NCBI RefSeq assembly: GCF_963921235.1 | Contig: NC_086097.1 | Coordinates: 196,168,001-196,232,000 of the forward strand | Direction: 5' to 3' | DNA: 64,000 nt | Source: Mobula hypostoma | Lineage: Eukaryota | Translations under genes and position numbers: made by a program | Shown: positions 11,863 to 25,065 of the stretch, in pieces | Position numbering within the stretch: the stretch's first letter is position 1 | How the letters are laid out: every line of letters starts with the position of its first letter | Notes under the pieces: generated by a model | Told to the model about the DNA's origin: nothing | The model's input: the letters and a program-made list of their open reading frames with translations, nothing else | The model's database searches: none

Positions 11863-12670
11863 ATAGTGAGAGAATCTCAGAGCATAGGCCCAAATGGATG
11901 AACGCATAGTCATCAATGTATGGCTAAACAGAGTAGATGAAGGATATTGAGTAAGGAGATTCAACCTTTTTGTGGGATTGTCTGTGGTGTCAGAATGCTA
12001 GTGTGTGGTTGCTGCAGGAGACAATAATGTGTGGGAGTCAGTTGGTGTGATGATCAGTTTGTGTGTTTTTCAGAGTAAATGTTACAACCAGAAAAATCAG
12101 TATTTCTATTGGCCTGGAGCTCTCGTTGACCTTTCATGTGAAATCATGAAATTTATTTGGCAATATTTTATTGTTCTTGGAAGTCACACCTGCCTCTTCT
12201 GATGTTGGCCATGGTAGCTATCCTGAACTGTCTGGTGCATGAACTTCTTCTTGCCACTTTCAATGACCCACTGAGTAAACTCTCTTCACTCCTCTTCTTC
12301 TCTTCTCCACTCTCTTCTTCCCCTCGCCTCTGCTAACATTCCACAGCAGCAACACTGCTCTGTTGCTCTGCTTTGTGGCTGCTATAGGGAATGTGCCTTT
12401 AAAATCTGATGCCCTCAGACAGCTGCATAACAAAATGATTCCAGCTGCAGTGAATGTGGTCCTACTGGGAACCACACAAATCCTACTTCGGCACATGTAA
12501 ACCACCTAAAAGCTGTTTCTACTATATTTATGGCTTATCCCAGTATTTTGCCTAAAGGAACTATGTGCAGCATAGAATTCGCACATTCAAAGTGGTGGTT
12601 AAAAATGTCGTTAGATTCTCTGTACTTATCATACCTGCCTGAAATATTAAACCTTGTATTTCTCTTGCAG

Positions 12671-12793
12671 GAATTCAGGAAGGGCCTCAGTGTAATCGAT
12701 GTAGAAACAACTGGGCACTGAAGTTTTCTATTCTGCTGCTCTATGTCCTGTGTGCCATGTTAACCATTACTGTAGCCATCCTGGGCTACAAAG
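12671..12793 (+). CDS. COLEC12: Collectin-12 coding exon (human exon 3 equivalent): end of cytoplasmic tail plus transmembrane helix
   Basis: ttgcag|GAATTCAG...TACAAAG|gtaaca, 123 bp. Translates (G)IQEGPQCNRCRNNWALKFSILLLYVLCAMLTITVAILGYK, matching the COLEC12 type II TM segment. Missed by the ORF track. Confidence 0.95.
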
Positions 12794-14236
12794 GTAACAG
12801 AACTTCTATATCTTCCTCTTAAACTTTTGGAATTATTGAATGACCAATCAATTTACGTGTTCATTATTTTAAGTCATGACCATGGATAAACCCAAGAGTG
12901 ATTTACTTTTGGATCACTGTGGTTCAGAATTCAGCCACCATTAATATCACAGTTCAACAAGACAAACACAGCTAACGTATGGTATTCATTCACTTTTAAA
13001 GCATTAGAACTATTTTAGTTTCATTCTTTCAGAGACATGTTTTCAAAAAATGGAATGCATTGGGAAAGAGATAGCATGTGTTTTATGAATAATAACTTCA
13101 TTATGACAGCAGGTAAACTTATCTTCTGTGTTGTGCTTGTCTATGTAATGTAATTCTCATTATTCAATTTGCAACTACAGTATACTCTTCATTCAAGCTT
13201 TGGGTGTATTCTTGGACAGAAGAGTTACTTCCTTAATTAAAAGGGAAACAAAATGATAAAGCAATGTATTTTGTTATCTATAAAGCCAAATTTGGTATTT
13301 TGAACATGAACTAATTTTATTGGTGAGCCAAACATATCAAAAATGAGGATAAAGTATTCAGCTTCCAATTTGTAATTAATAACAAATTTAGTTTATATCT
13401 TTTAGATTTTTAAGGTACAAGGCATTTAATTATAAATATATACACTGAATAAGACAAACAACATGTAGCCATATGCTTAAATTGGTTGCATCCAATAAAG
13501 AGTCAGTGTTTCATAAATGTTACGAAAGACAAAGATTAATCCTTACTGTGGCCATTCGCCTGCCATATTCAGCACCACCAAAACCTCTGCATCTGCATAG
13601 ATGTTCCAGGTGAGAGGCGACTTTGTTTTGTTCTTAACTTTGTGTTCTGCAAATAATTCAACCTTCCAAGTCATTTGCTTTCTGTGAATGCAGTGGAATG
13701 GTATGCTATATTAATGCTTTATGTAACATAAGGGTGAGAACAATTTCCAACCAGTGACCATTTTAACTTGCAATGATTTAATTTATCCATTTTGGGTTTT
13801 TTTTTTGGTGTTTGTATTTTAATTTTATACTGTGGCCAAATGTACAAAGTTTTGATCAGCAAAACAAAGGTAAATAACTTATGTTAAACCCAAGCAGAAA
13901 GGAGATACCTTTACTTTTCCTTCATTTCTCCTCTTCTTGCCTTTTCAAAAAACCCAGTTCAATATGACAATGTTTACTATCCCAGTCAGGTTTAAATCCA
14001 AGAGGCAGACTCACCTGTGTTTGGCAGCAACTACCTAGGAATGATAGTGTTGTTCACTCTGATCTTAATCTCTAATTAATAAATTTGTACTATATACAGA
14101 TCTACACAACTGAGGAACAGACATTGAAACAAAGTGCATGTTTATTCAAGTGCTCTTCAAATACTATCTCAGGAACATTAAAGAAAGTCATAGAGCAGTT
14201 AGTTCAAATCCTTCATAAAAGCGATAATCATTATAT

Positions 14237-16795
14237 TGAGTCATAGAAAAGTCACAGCACAGAAACAGGTCCTTTTACCCATCTAGTCTGTGCCAAATTA
14301 TTTAAACTGCCTACTCCCATTGACCTGCAATGGAGCCATAGCCTTCCGTACCTCTACCATTTATGTACCTATCCAAACTTCTCTTAAACGTTGAAATCAA
14401 GCTCGCATCCACCATTTGAGTTGGCAGCTCGTTTCACACTCTCACAGACTTGTCGGATGCACGACAACTTTGGCAGGGCTTGCAAGACATTACTTCCTAC
14501 AAAGCAAAACCCAATATCATGGATGGCAGCAATGCTTCACTACCAGATGAATTCAACACTTTCTATGCCCACTTTGAAAGGGAAAATACAACTACAATTG
14601 TGAAGATCCCTGCTGCACCTGATGACCCTGTGATCTCTGTCTCAGAGGCCGATGTTAGGCTGTCTCTAAAGAGAGTGAACCCTCGCAATGCTGAAGGTCC
14701 CGATGGAGTACCTGGTAAGGCTCTGAAAACCTATGTCAACCAACTAGCTGGAGTATTCAAGGGCATTTTCAACCTCTCACTGCTACAGGCAGAAATTCCC
14801 ACTTGCTTCAAAATGGCAACAATTATACCAGTGCCTAAGAAGATTAACTTGAGCTGCCTTAATGTCTATCACCTGTTAGCACTCACATTGACAGTGATGA
14901 AATGCTTTGAGAGGTTGGTCATGACTAGACTGAACTCCTGCCTCAGCACAGACCTGGACCCATTCCAATTTGCCTATCGCCACAATAGATCAGCAGCAGA
15001 CGTAATCTCGGTGGCTCTCCACACAGCTTTAGACCACCTAGACAACACAAACACCTATATGTCAGGATGCTGTTCATCGACAAGAGCTCAGCATTTAATA
15101 ACATCATTCCCACAATCCTGATTGAGAAGTTGCAAAACCTGGGCCTCTGTACATCCCTCTGCAATTGGATCCTCGACTTCCTAACCAGAAGACCACAATC
15201 TATGCGAATTTGTGATAACATCTCCTCCTCGCTGATGATCAACACTGGTGCACCTCGGGGGTGTGTGCTTAGCCCACTGCTCTACTCTTTATATATACAC
15301 ATGACTGTGTGGCTAGGCATAGCCCAAATACCATCTATAAATTTGCTGACAATACAACCATTGTTGGTAGAATCTCAGGTGGTGACGAGAGGGCATACAG
15401 GAGCGAGATATGCCAACTAGTGGAGTGGTGCCGCAGCAACAACCTGGCACTCAACGTCAGAAAGAGCTGATTGTGGACTCCCGGAAGGGTAAGACGAAGG
15501 AACCCATATCAATCTTCACAGAGGGATCAGAAGTAGAGAAGAGTGAGCAGTTTCAAGCTCCTGGGTGTCAAGGTCTCTGAGGATCTAACCTGGTCCCAAC
15601 ATTTTGATGCAGTTATAAAGAAAGCAAGACAGCAGCTATACTTTATTAGGAGTTTGAAGAGATTTGTTATGTCAACAATTACACTCAAAAACTTCTAGAG
15701 ATGTACTGTGGAAATCATTCCGACAGGCTGCATCATTGTCTGGTTTGGGGGTGGGGGGCTACTGCACAGAACCAAAAGAAGCTGCAGAGGGTTGTAAATT
15801 TAGTCGGCTCCATCTTGAGCACTAGCCTACAAAGTACCCAGGACATCTTCAAGGAGCAATGTCGCAGAAAAGCAGCATCTATTATTAAGGACCTCCAGCA
15901 CCCAGGGCATGCCCTTTTCTCACTGTTACCATCAGGTAGGAGGTACAGAAGCCTGAAGGCACACACTCAGCAATTCAGCAACAGCTTCTTCCCCTCTGCC
16001 ATCCAATTCCTAAAGGGACATTGAACCCTTGGACACTATCTCACTTTTTTTAAATAAATAGTATTTCTGTTTTTTGCACAATTTTTAATCTATTCAATAT
16101 ATGTATACTGTATAAAGTATACTGAATAAGATTTACTTACTTTTTTCTTCTATATTATGTATTGCATTGAACTGCTGCTGCTAAGTTAACAAATTTCACA
16201 TCACATGCCGGTGATAATAAACCTGATTCTGGTTCTGATTCTGAACCCTCTGAGTTAAGAATTTTCTCCTCATGTTCCCCTTAAACTTTTGAACTTTCAC
16301 CCTTAACCCATGACCTCTAGTTGTGGTCCCACCCAACTTCAGTGGTAAAAGCCTGTTGCATTTACACTATCCATTCCCCTCATAATTTTGTATACCTCTA
16401 TCAAATCTCCTCTCAATCTTCTATGTTCCAAGCAATAAAGTCCTGACTTATTCAATCTTTCCTTATAATTCAGGTCCTCCATACATACCCGGCAACATCC
16501 TTCTAAATTTTCTCTGTACTCTTTCAACCTTATTTACATCTTTCCTGTAGGTAAGTGACTAAAACTGTACAAGTAGGCCTCACCAATGTCATACAACTTC
16601 AACATAACATCCCATCTCCTGTACTCAGTACATTGATTTAAGAAAGCCAATGTGCCTGAAGCTTTCTTTATGATCCTATCTATCACTGATGCCACTTTCA
16701 ATAAATTATAGACCTGTATTCCCAGATCCCTTTGTACTACCGCATCCCTCAGTGCCCTACCGTTCACTGTGTAAGACCTGTGCTGGTTGGTACAA
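14237..16795 (-). mobile_element. CR1 LINE 3' fragment (14237-14446 and 16244-16795) split by a Rex1/Babar insertion
   Basis: The halves rejoin as cacactctcac|aaccctctgag, as in the intact copies at about 5375 and 34395. Confidence 0.88.
14447..16243 (+). mobile_element. Rex1/Babar-clade LINE, 5'-truncated, RT domain to (ATTCTG)n tail
   Basis: ORFs 14450..15121, 15067..15420 and 15701..16024 ([39 protein letters not shown]). AATAAA followed by the ctgattctggttctgattctg tail. Confidence 0.9.
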
Positions 16796-16799
16796 GACT

Positions 16800-17308
16800 T
16801 CGGTATGTATAACAACTGTTACAAATACTGACAAACCAAATGGTTGAATCCCTAAATTGTGCGTCAGCATCTCTCAAACCATCTGCCATAAAAGTTTATA
16901 TGGAAAACTTGTGGTAACTGACCAAGAAAATAATCCATCAATGATTCTTATAAATAGCTGTTTTTGTTGGGGATGTTGAAGCATGAATGGGCTTGAATCA
17001 TTTTGCTGCCTAGTGTGGTTAAGAGAATACCAGGTGTGATGATTGGTGTCAAAGCAAGTTGTTGCTTGGCTCACTACTCTCAGACTATCAGTACTGTGTT
17101 GAGAAAAGAACACAGAACTGGGAAATGCATGTCTTAGTTTTGTTTTACTTGAGTGAGGCACACACTTATGATGTGGTGGCATGATGGTGTATGTCACTTA
17201 CATACTTATACATATAACCTGTAATGAATTATGGAAACAACAAAGAATACTTAATCAAACAATATATTTATAATATTACTCAAATATTACTGAAATATTA
17301 AATGTACC
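16800..17308. repeat. Unclassified AT-rich repeat fragment, possibly LTR-derived
   Basis: Lies between two oppositely oriented CR1s. 17245-17305 loosely resembles 46590-46675 at the end of the BEL element. Confidence 0.25.
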
Positions 17309-17309
17309 T

Positions 17310-20300
17310 CAGACAAAGTCAAGACTCAAAAGGTTGAGCATAATGCGACCAGTGTCCTGAGCTGCGTATATTTCAATGCAAGAAGTATCTCAGGAAAGGT
17401 GAATGAGCTCAGAGCATGGATCAACAGCTGGAATTGTGATGCTGTAGCCATCAGTGAGACTTGGTTGCAGGAGGGGCAGGACTGGCATTCTGGGGTTCTG
17501 TTGTTTTGGACGACAGAGTGGGAGGAATTAAAGGAGGAGGGGTGGTGTTTCTAGTTAGTGAAAATGTTAAGGCAGTGCTTCGGCAGGACAAACTGGAGAA
17601 CTTGACTAGTGAGCTGTTATGGGTGAAACTGAGAAATAGAAAGGTATGACCACATTAATGGGGCCATATGACAGAACACCCAAAGTCCTAGGGACTTAGG
17701 GGAAGAAATTTGTAACGAGATCGCACACTGTTGCAAGAAGCATAAAGTTGATTTTAACTTTCCACCTACTGACTGGGTGTAAAAGTTTGTCAAATGTGTT
17801 CAGGAAAGTTTCCTTCATCAGTACATAGAAATCCCAACGAAAGAGTGTACGATACTTGATCTGCTATTTGGCAACGAGACAGGACAGGTGACAGAGGTTT
17901 GTGTAGGGGAACACATTGCACCCGGTGACCACAATGCCATTTGTTTCAAAGTAAATATGCAGAAAGATAAGTCTGGCCCACGGGTTGAGATTCTAAATTG
18001 GAGAAAGGCTAACTTTGATGGTATCAGAAATTGTTGGGCATTAATGTATGTTTAGCACATATAAAGGAAGTACCAACTAATTGAAACATTTTATCCCATT
18101 TCTCTATGGGTAGGCAAAGTTGAAGTTCTCTTTCCCATTCATTTTTAATTTTATCAGATACATCTGGCTGTAATTTTATAATTATATCATAGATAGATGC
18201 TATTAATCCCCTCTGAAGAGGATTTAAACCTAAAATTTTATCAATGATATCAGTAGGGTATGAGGTCGGAAAGGTAGGCAACATAGTATTTTAAAAATTT
18301 CTTATTTGTAAATATCTAAAAAAATGGAATCTAGGCAAATCAAATTTCTTAGATAACTGTTCAAAAGACATGAAACAGTTATCCAGAAATAAGTCACGAA
18401 AACATGTTATACCTTTCGTTTTCCATACCAAAAAGGCTTGGTCCATAACCGAGGGTTGAAAAAAAAAATTAGATATAACAGGGCTTGATAATATAAATTT
18501 ATTCAAACCAAAAAATTTACGAAATTGAAACCATATTCATAATGTATGTTTAACTATTGAACCATTTGTTTATTCAATTTAGATAGTACAAAAGGAAGTG
18601 AAGTTCCTAAAATGGAAGCTAACGAGAACCTTTGTACAGAGTAGCCTTCAAGGTTTACCCAATGTGGGCTTGGAATTATATTCCAATCTTGTTTCCAAAA
18701 TATTAAATATCGAATATTAATTGCCCAGTAATAAAATCTTAGATTAGGCAGTGCCAAACCACTATCTTTCTTGGACCTGTAAATATTTTTTACTTAATCT
18801 GGGATTTTTGTTCTGCCATATATAAGAGGAAATTTTAGAATCAATAGTATCATAAAAAGATTTAGGAATAAAAATTGGTATCATTTGAAATAAATATAAA
18901 AATTTAGGTAAAATAATCATTTTAATAGCATTAATTCGGCCAATCAGTGATAGAGACAATGGGGACCACTTAGTAATCAGTTGTTTAACCTGATTAATTA
19001 ACGGTAAAAGGTTGAACTTAAATAGATCCTTGTGTCTCTGTGTCTCTTAGTGATTTTAACTCCCAAATAAGTAAAATAGCCAGTAATCACTCTGAATGGA
19101 GAACATCTATAAATGGGAACCTGCATATTTAATGGAAAAAGTTCGCTCTTACCTAGATTCAATTTATAACCAGAAAAACTACTAAACTGAGCAAGCAAAG
19201 TTAATACTGCTGGAATAGATTTCCCCAGGTTAGAAATATATAATAGTAAATCATCTGCATATAGTGATAATTTATGTGTCTCATTTCCACAGGTGATGCC
19301 AAATATATTAGGGGAGTCATGAATAGCAATAGCTATTTAAAGTAGTGCATAGAGCCCATATGTCTAAAGATAAATTAGCCCATCTTTATTCCCATATAAA
19401 CCCTATTTGTCACAGATGTCACTCTGAGGTGGCTTCTTTAACTCATATGTTTTGGTCCTGTCCTCTTTTGGAAAAATATTGGAAAGATATTTTTGGTATT
19501 ATCTCAACCTTTACCTTCTTCAGCCTGTTGGATGATTGCATTTGTTACTTTAATGGCCAGAAGATCTGTTTTATTGAACTGGAAGGAGACCAATCCTCCT
19601 ACTACATTCCAATGGTTTTCCCAAACTATATTATGTTTAAATTTAGAAAAAATTAGAAGTGATATTTTTGATCCTTCGGTTAAATTTGAAGAGACTTGGA
19701 AACCATTTATTCAATACTTTCACATGATGTAATTTGACCTTTCTGAATCCTTTTTATTAACTTAAAATATATGAATAGAGGAGCGGAGTTGACAACATTA
19801 CTGAACATGTTCGATTTAAGATATCGGTCTAGCCTTGTTTTGTTCCGTTTGCTTTTTTGGGCTTAGTATTTTAGTATTTAGTTCTTTTTTTTTTGGTTTT
19901 TTGGGGGATTTTCTTTGTACTTCTTTCTTTTTATTTCTTTTTTCTCTATGGTTAATTACATCATGAGTTTGGAAGTCTATTATACCTGTGTTATCTGAAA
20001 TCTTTTCTGTATATGTTTATTAACAATAAGATTATTCCAATCTCTTTGTATCAACATTGTTATTTTGTTTATAACTTTGGAAAAATTAATAAAAAGATTT
20101 AAAAAGAAAATATTATTGGGCATGCGTGGATTGGGACAGGCTGTTTTCTAGCAAAGGTGTACTTGGTAAGTGGAAGGCCTTCAAAAGTGAAATTTTTGAA
20201 GGATAAAGCTTGTATGTGGCTGTCAGAATAAAAGGTAAGAATGGTTCTATTAGATTGAACCATTGAACCATTGAATAACAGGTTTAGGGAACCTTAGTTT

Positions 20301-22235
20301 TTGAGAGATATTGAGGCCCTGGTTAGGGGAAATAAGGTGATGCATTACAGGTATCGGCAGGTAGGAATAAATGAGGTGCTTATGAGTACAAGAAATGCAA
20401 GAGAACACTTAAAAAAGCAATCAGGAGGTCTAAGAGGCATGAAGTTCTCTGGCAGACAAAGGTGAAGGAGAATCCTAAGAGATTCTACAGCCATGTTAGC
20501 AGCAAAAAGATTACAAGGGCCAAAATTAGTCCTCTGGAAGACCAGAATGGTAATCCATGTATGGACCGAAAACACATGGGGGAGATCTTAAATGAATTCT
20601 TTGCATCGGTCTTTAATCAGGAGATTGACATAAAATCTATAGGAATGAGGCAAAGTGGCATCAACTTCATGGGCCATGTACAGATTACAGAGGAGGAGGT
20701 GCTTGCTACCCTGAGGCAAATCAGGGTGGATAAATCCCCAGGACATGGCAAGGTGTTCACTCGGACCCTCAGGGAGACAAGTGCAGAAATTGCCAGGACC
20801 CTCGCAGAGATACTTAAATCATCATTAGTGACGGGGGAGGTCCCAGAGGAATGGAGGATAGTCAAAGTCAGTCTGCTGGTTAAAAAAGGCTCTAAACAGA
20901 AACTAGGAAATTATAGGCCAGCCAGTCTGACATCAGTTATTTGAAGGTATTCTAAGGGACTGAACATCTGGGTAGATGAAAGATTAAGGATAGTCAGCAT
21001 TGCTTTGTGCGTGGTATGTCACATCTAATCAATCTTACAGAGTTTTTTGAGGAAGTTATCAGGAAAGTGGTTGAAGGCAAGATGTTGTCTACATGTATTT
21101 TGGTAAGTCATTTGACAAGGTCCCACATGGGAGGCTGGTCAAGAAGTTCCAGTTGCTCGACATTCAGGATGAGGTTGTTATTCGGATTAGATATTGGCTT
21201 TGTGGGAGAACCCATAGAGTGGCCATAGAGGGTTGCTTCTCTGACTGGAGGCCTGTGATGAATGGTATGCTGCAGGGATCGATCTTGGGTCTTTTGTTGT
21301 TTGTCCTCTATATCAATGATCTAGATGATAATGTAACTGGATGAGCAGATTTGTAGATGATACCAAGGTTCGGGTGTAGTGGACAGTGAAGAAGGCTATC
21401 ATGGCTTGCAGAAGGATCTGCATCAGCTGGAAAAATGGGCTGAAAAATGGCAGATGGAATTTAATGCGGACAACTGCGAGGTTTTGTACTTCGGTAAGAC
21501 CAACCGGGGTATGTCTTACACAGTGAATGGTAGGGCACTGAGGAGTGTGGTAGAATAAAGGGAACTGGGAATGCAGGTCCATAATTCATTGAAAGTGGCA
21601 TCACAAGAAAGCTTTTGGCCCATTGGTCTTCATATATCAATGTATAGGGTACAGGAGATGGCATGATATGTTGGAAGTGTACAGTATAAGACATTGGTAA
21701 GGCCTAATTTGGAGTATTGTGTGCAGTTTTGGTCACCCACCTACTGGATAAATGTAAACAAAGTTGAAAGAGTGTAGAGAAAATTTACAAGGATGTTGCT
21801 GGGTCTGGAGGACCTGAGTTATAAGGGAAGACTGAATAGGTTAGGACTGTATTCTTTAGCATGTAGAAGATTGAGAGGAGATTTGATAGAAGTATACAAA
21901 ATTATGAGAGGTATAGATAGGATAAATGCAAACAGGCCTTTTTTTCCACTGAGATTGGGTGGGACTACAACCAGAGGTCATGGGTTAAAGGGTGAGAAGT
22001 GGAAAGTTTAAGGGGAACATGAGGGGAAACCTCTTCACTCAGAGGGTCATGAGAGTATGCAATAAGCTGCCAGCAACAAGTGGTGGATGCTAGTTCGATT
22101 TCAATATTTAAGGTACATGGATGTAGGGAAATGGAGGGCTATGGTCCTGGTGCAGGTCAATGGGAGTAGGCAGTTTAAGTGGTTCTGATGTGGACTAGAT
22201 GGGCTGAAGGGCCTATTTCTGTGCTGTACTTCTCA
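17310..22235 (+). mobile_element. Long CR1 LINE (APE endonuclease, RT, 3' tail), decayed, interrupted by L1 at 18041-20105
   Basis: YFNARS..GKVNELRAWI...AVAISETWL at about 17360-17465; ORFs 20462..20944, 21093..21344 and 21793..22011; CR1 3' end near 22200-22235. Confidence 0.92.
18041..20105. mobile_element. L1-clade LINE with 5' inversion (18041-19335 on -, 19336-20105 on +)
   Basis: Minus ORFs SGYKLNLGKSE, SLIGRINAIKMIILPKFLYLF and LPNLRFYYWA, plus LYADD near 19255. Plus strand carries the CCHC region CHRC...SLTHMFWSC, a 3' UTR, AATAAA and an A tail. Imperfect TSD agaaattgttgggca / agaaaatattattgggca. Confidence 0.9.
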
Positions 22236-24053
22236 GAGGTCAGTTGGGGTGCAGTGATAGTTGGAGAAGAAATGATATAAACAACTGTAGCTACTGAGAG
22301 GGCTGAAGGGACAGGAGGAATACGGTACATTTACCTACTGAGGGTGATTTCTTCTCGTAGAGCCATCTTGACATGCTTTTCTCAATGGAAGCACGTTAGT
22401 GACTATCAAAGCATCACTTGTGCTGGATTGTGTCCACGTGGATAGAACAGAAGGACACAGCTTTAAGAATACCACTTTATGTTTGGAATGGGGAAATATA
22501 GCAATCACAAGTAAAGGACAGTGGAGATAAGCTTGGAGGGAACAAATGTTACAAATAGAATTGTGTATTGAGATCAAATAATGACCACAGAGTAATTCTG
22601 TATGTACTTTTGACCTTTAACCTTATATCTCAAGGCCATCCAGCAACTGCAAAATTAATGACTGTTCAAAAAGAAATTTAATCACAAGATGTGCAAAGCA
22701 AGTTCCTAGACTAAATATGAGTAAGCAAAGAATATATCTAATATCCATTGCTCGATCTTCAGGATAAAAACCTGAAACTGCCTTGGATGTAAAAGACCAC
22801 ATTATTTATGTTCTAATGAAGGAAATAGGGCACATACCCAACCCAGAAAAAGATATATTCCACAGGGTGCTATGATGCTATATTTCAAGTCAAAATTATT
22901 TACTACGTAATGAACAGTTAATGGAATAATATCTGAAAAAGAGACCCGTGCAGGAATTTATTTGAGTTAAATGCCAGTCGCACTTCCCTGGTTGAGGAAA
23001 TCTGATTCCTTCAGCATGAAGAACTGTTGCAGCTAGAGTCGCACGTATCTGCAGAGGGTGACTAGGACATCTTTTATGCCTTTCAATGGTCCCCTAGTGC
23101 ACCTGAAGGTATGCTACTGAATCAACTTCATGACCATTGGATCACAATGATTTCCTCATTAAATCTTCACAGGTAAAGTAGATGCGTCTTCCTACCCTCC
23201 AGGAGACCATAAATTTATGGGCACTGTTCCTTGTTTAAACCCCTGTTCAGAAATATTTTGTCAGGGTCACATAACAATAGCTTTCTTGAGTCATGGATGT
23301 AGGTGTGGTGAACTAGCCAAAGGCAGCATGATTTGTTTCCCGAACAAAAGTACTACTCATAATATTTACTACACAGAAGATGCAATGAAGTTGAACTGGT
23401 CCTTTGTGATGTTTATGATCCATAACTGCCTTTCTGTTCTCTCCCCCTATTATCAATTCCTTTTATCCATCCCTTCCGACATTGTGTCTCTGTCCTTCTG
23501 TTCTATTCTCTCGAATGTTGCTTCATCATTCAAAATATTTTTATACAATTGTCTCAAACTCTTCATGTTCCAATTGAGTTCCCCATTCAAATCACTGCCT
23601 GGGTTAACAAGTTTACCTTGAACTCTTTATTGGATTTTAAAATTGGTTTATTATTTTCACATGTTCTGAAGTACAGTGAAATGCTTGTTTTGCATACCAT
23701 TCATACGGATCAATTCATTCCAACAGTGTTTTGAGGTGGTATAAAGGAAAACAGTAACAATGCAGAATAAAGTGTTAGTTACAGAGAAAATGCAGGTAGA
23801 CAATAAGCTGCAAGGTCATAATGAGGTAGATTGTGAGATCAAGAGTCCATCTTGTCATACTAGGGAACTATTCAATAGTCATATAACAGTGGGATAGAAG
23901 CTATCCTTGAGCATGGGGGCATGTGTTTTTTCAGCTTTTGCATCTTCTGCCTGATGAGAGGAGGGAGAAGGGAGAATTCCAGGATGGGTGGAGTTTTTGA
24001 TTACGCCAGCTGCTTTACCAAGACAGCAAGAAGAATGGACAGAGCCCTTGGAG

Positions 24054-25065
24054 ATATAATTCTCCGTAACTTCCGCCACCTCCAACAGGGTCCCACCACT
24101 AAGCACATCTTTCCCTCCTCCCTGCCCCCCCGCTTTCCACAGGGATCACTCCTTACGCGACTCCCTTGTCCATTCCTTCCCCCCATCCCTCCCCACCGAT
24201 CTCCCTCCTGGCACTTATCCTTGTAAGTGGAACAAGTGCTACACATGCCCTTACACTTCCTCCCTCACCACCATTCAGAGCCCCAGACAGTCCTTCCAGG
24301 TGAGGCGACACTCCACCTGTGAGTCGGCTGGGGTGATATACTGCGTCTGGTGCTCCCGGTGCTGCATTCTATATATTGGCGAGACCCGACGCAGACTGGG
24401 AGATCATTTCGCTGAACACCTACGCTCTGTCCGCCAGAGAAAACAGGATCTCCCAGTGGCCACACATTTTAATTCCATGTCCCATTCCCATTCTGATACG
24501 TCTGTCCACGGCCTCCTCTACTGTAAAGATGAAGCCACACTCAGGTTGGAGGAACAACACCTCATATTTCGTCTGGGTAGCCTCCAACTGATGGCATGAA
24601 CATTGACTTCTCTAACTTCCGCTAATGCCCCACCTCCCCCTCGTACCCCATCTGTTATTTATTTTTATACACACATTCTTTTTCTCTCTCTCCTTTTTCT
24701 CCCTTTGTCCCTCTCACTATACCCCTTGCCCATCCTCTGGGCTTTTTTCCCCTCCTCCCCCTTTTCTTTCTCCCTAGGCCTTCTGTCCCATGATCCTCTC
24801 ATATCCCTTTTGCCAAACAACTGTCCAGCTCTTGGTTCCATCCCTCCCCCTCCTGTCTTCTCCTATCATTTCGGATCTCCCCCTCCCTCTCCCACTTTCA
24901 AATCCCTTACTAGGTCTTCTTTCAGTTAGTCCTGACGAAGGGTCTCGGCCTAAAACGTCGACTGTAACTCTTCCTAGAGATGCTGCCTGGCCTGCTGCGT
25001 TCACCAGCAACTTTGATGTGTGGTTGCTTGAAATTCCAGCATCTGAAGATGTCCTCGTGTTTGCG
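24054..25065 (+). mobile_element. Penelope-like element, 5'-truncated, GIY-YIG endonuclease plus terminal repeat
   Basis: ORF 24300..24599 (GVIYCVWCSRCCILYIGETRRRLGDHFAEH...VATHFN...EQHLIFRLGSL); 8-bp TSD CCTTGGAG (24046-24053, 25066-25073). Confidence 0.93.
24928..24963 (+). ncRNA. Minimal type I hammerhead ribozyme motif of PLE family A (core partly mutated)
   Basis: AGTC-CTGACGA-A-GGGTCTCGGCCT-AAAAC-GTC-GACT. Stem I (AGTC/GACT), CUGANGA, stem II and GUC are present, but CGAAAC is replaced by TAAAAC; sibling 57263-57268 keeps CGAAAC. Confidence 0.75.

Noticed and set aside
1-12670. COLEC12 exons 1-2 (MKDDFAEEEEVQSFGYKRF-like)
   Set aside because: I found no matching coding segment with splice sites; these exons presumably lie upstream of the window.
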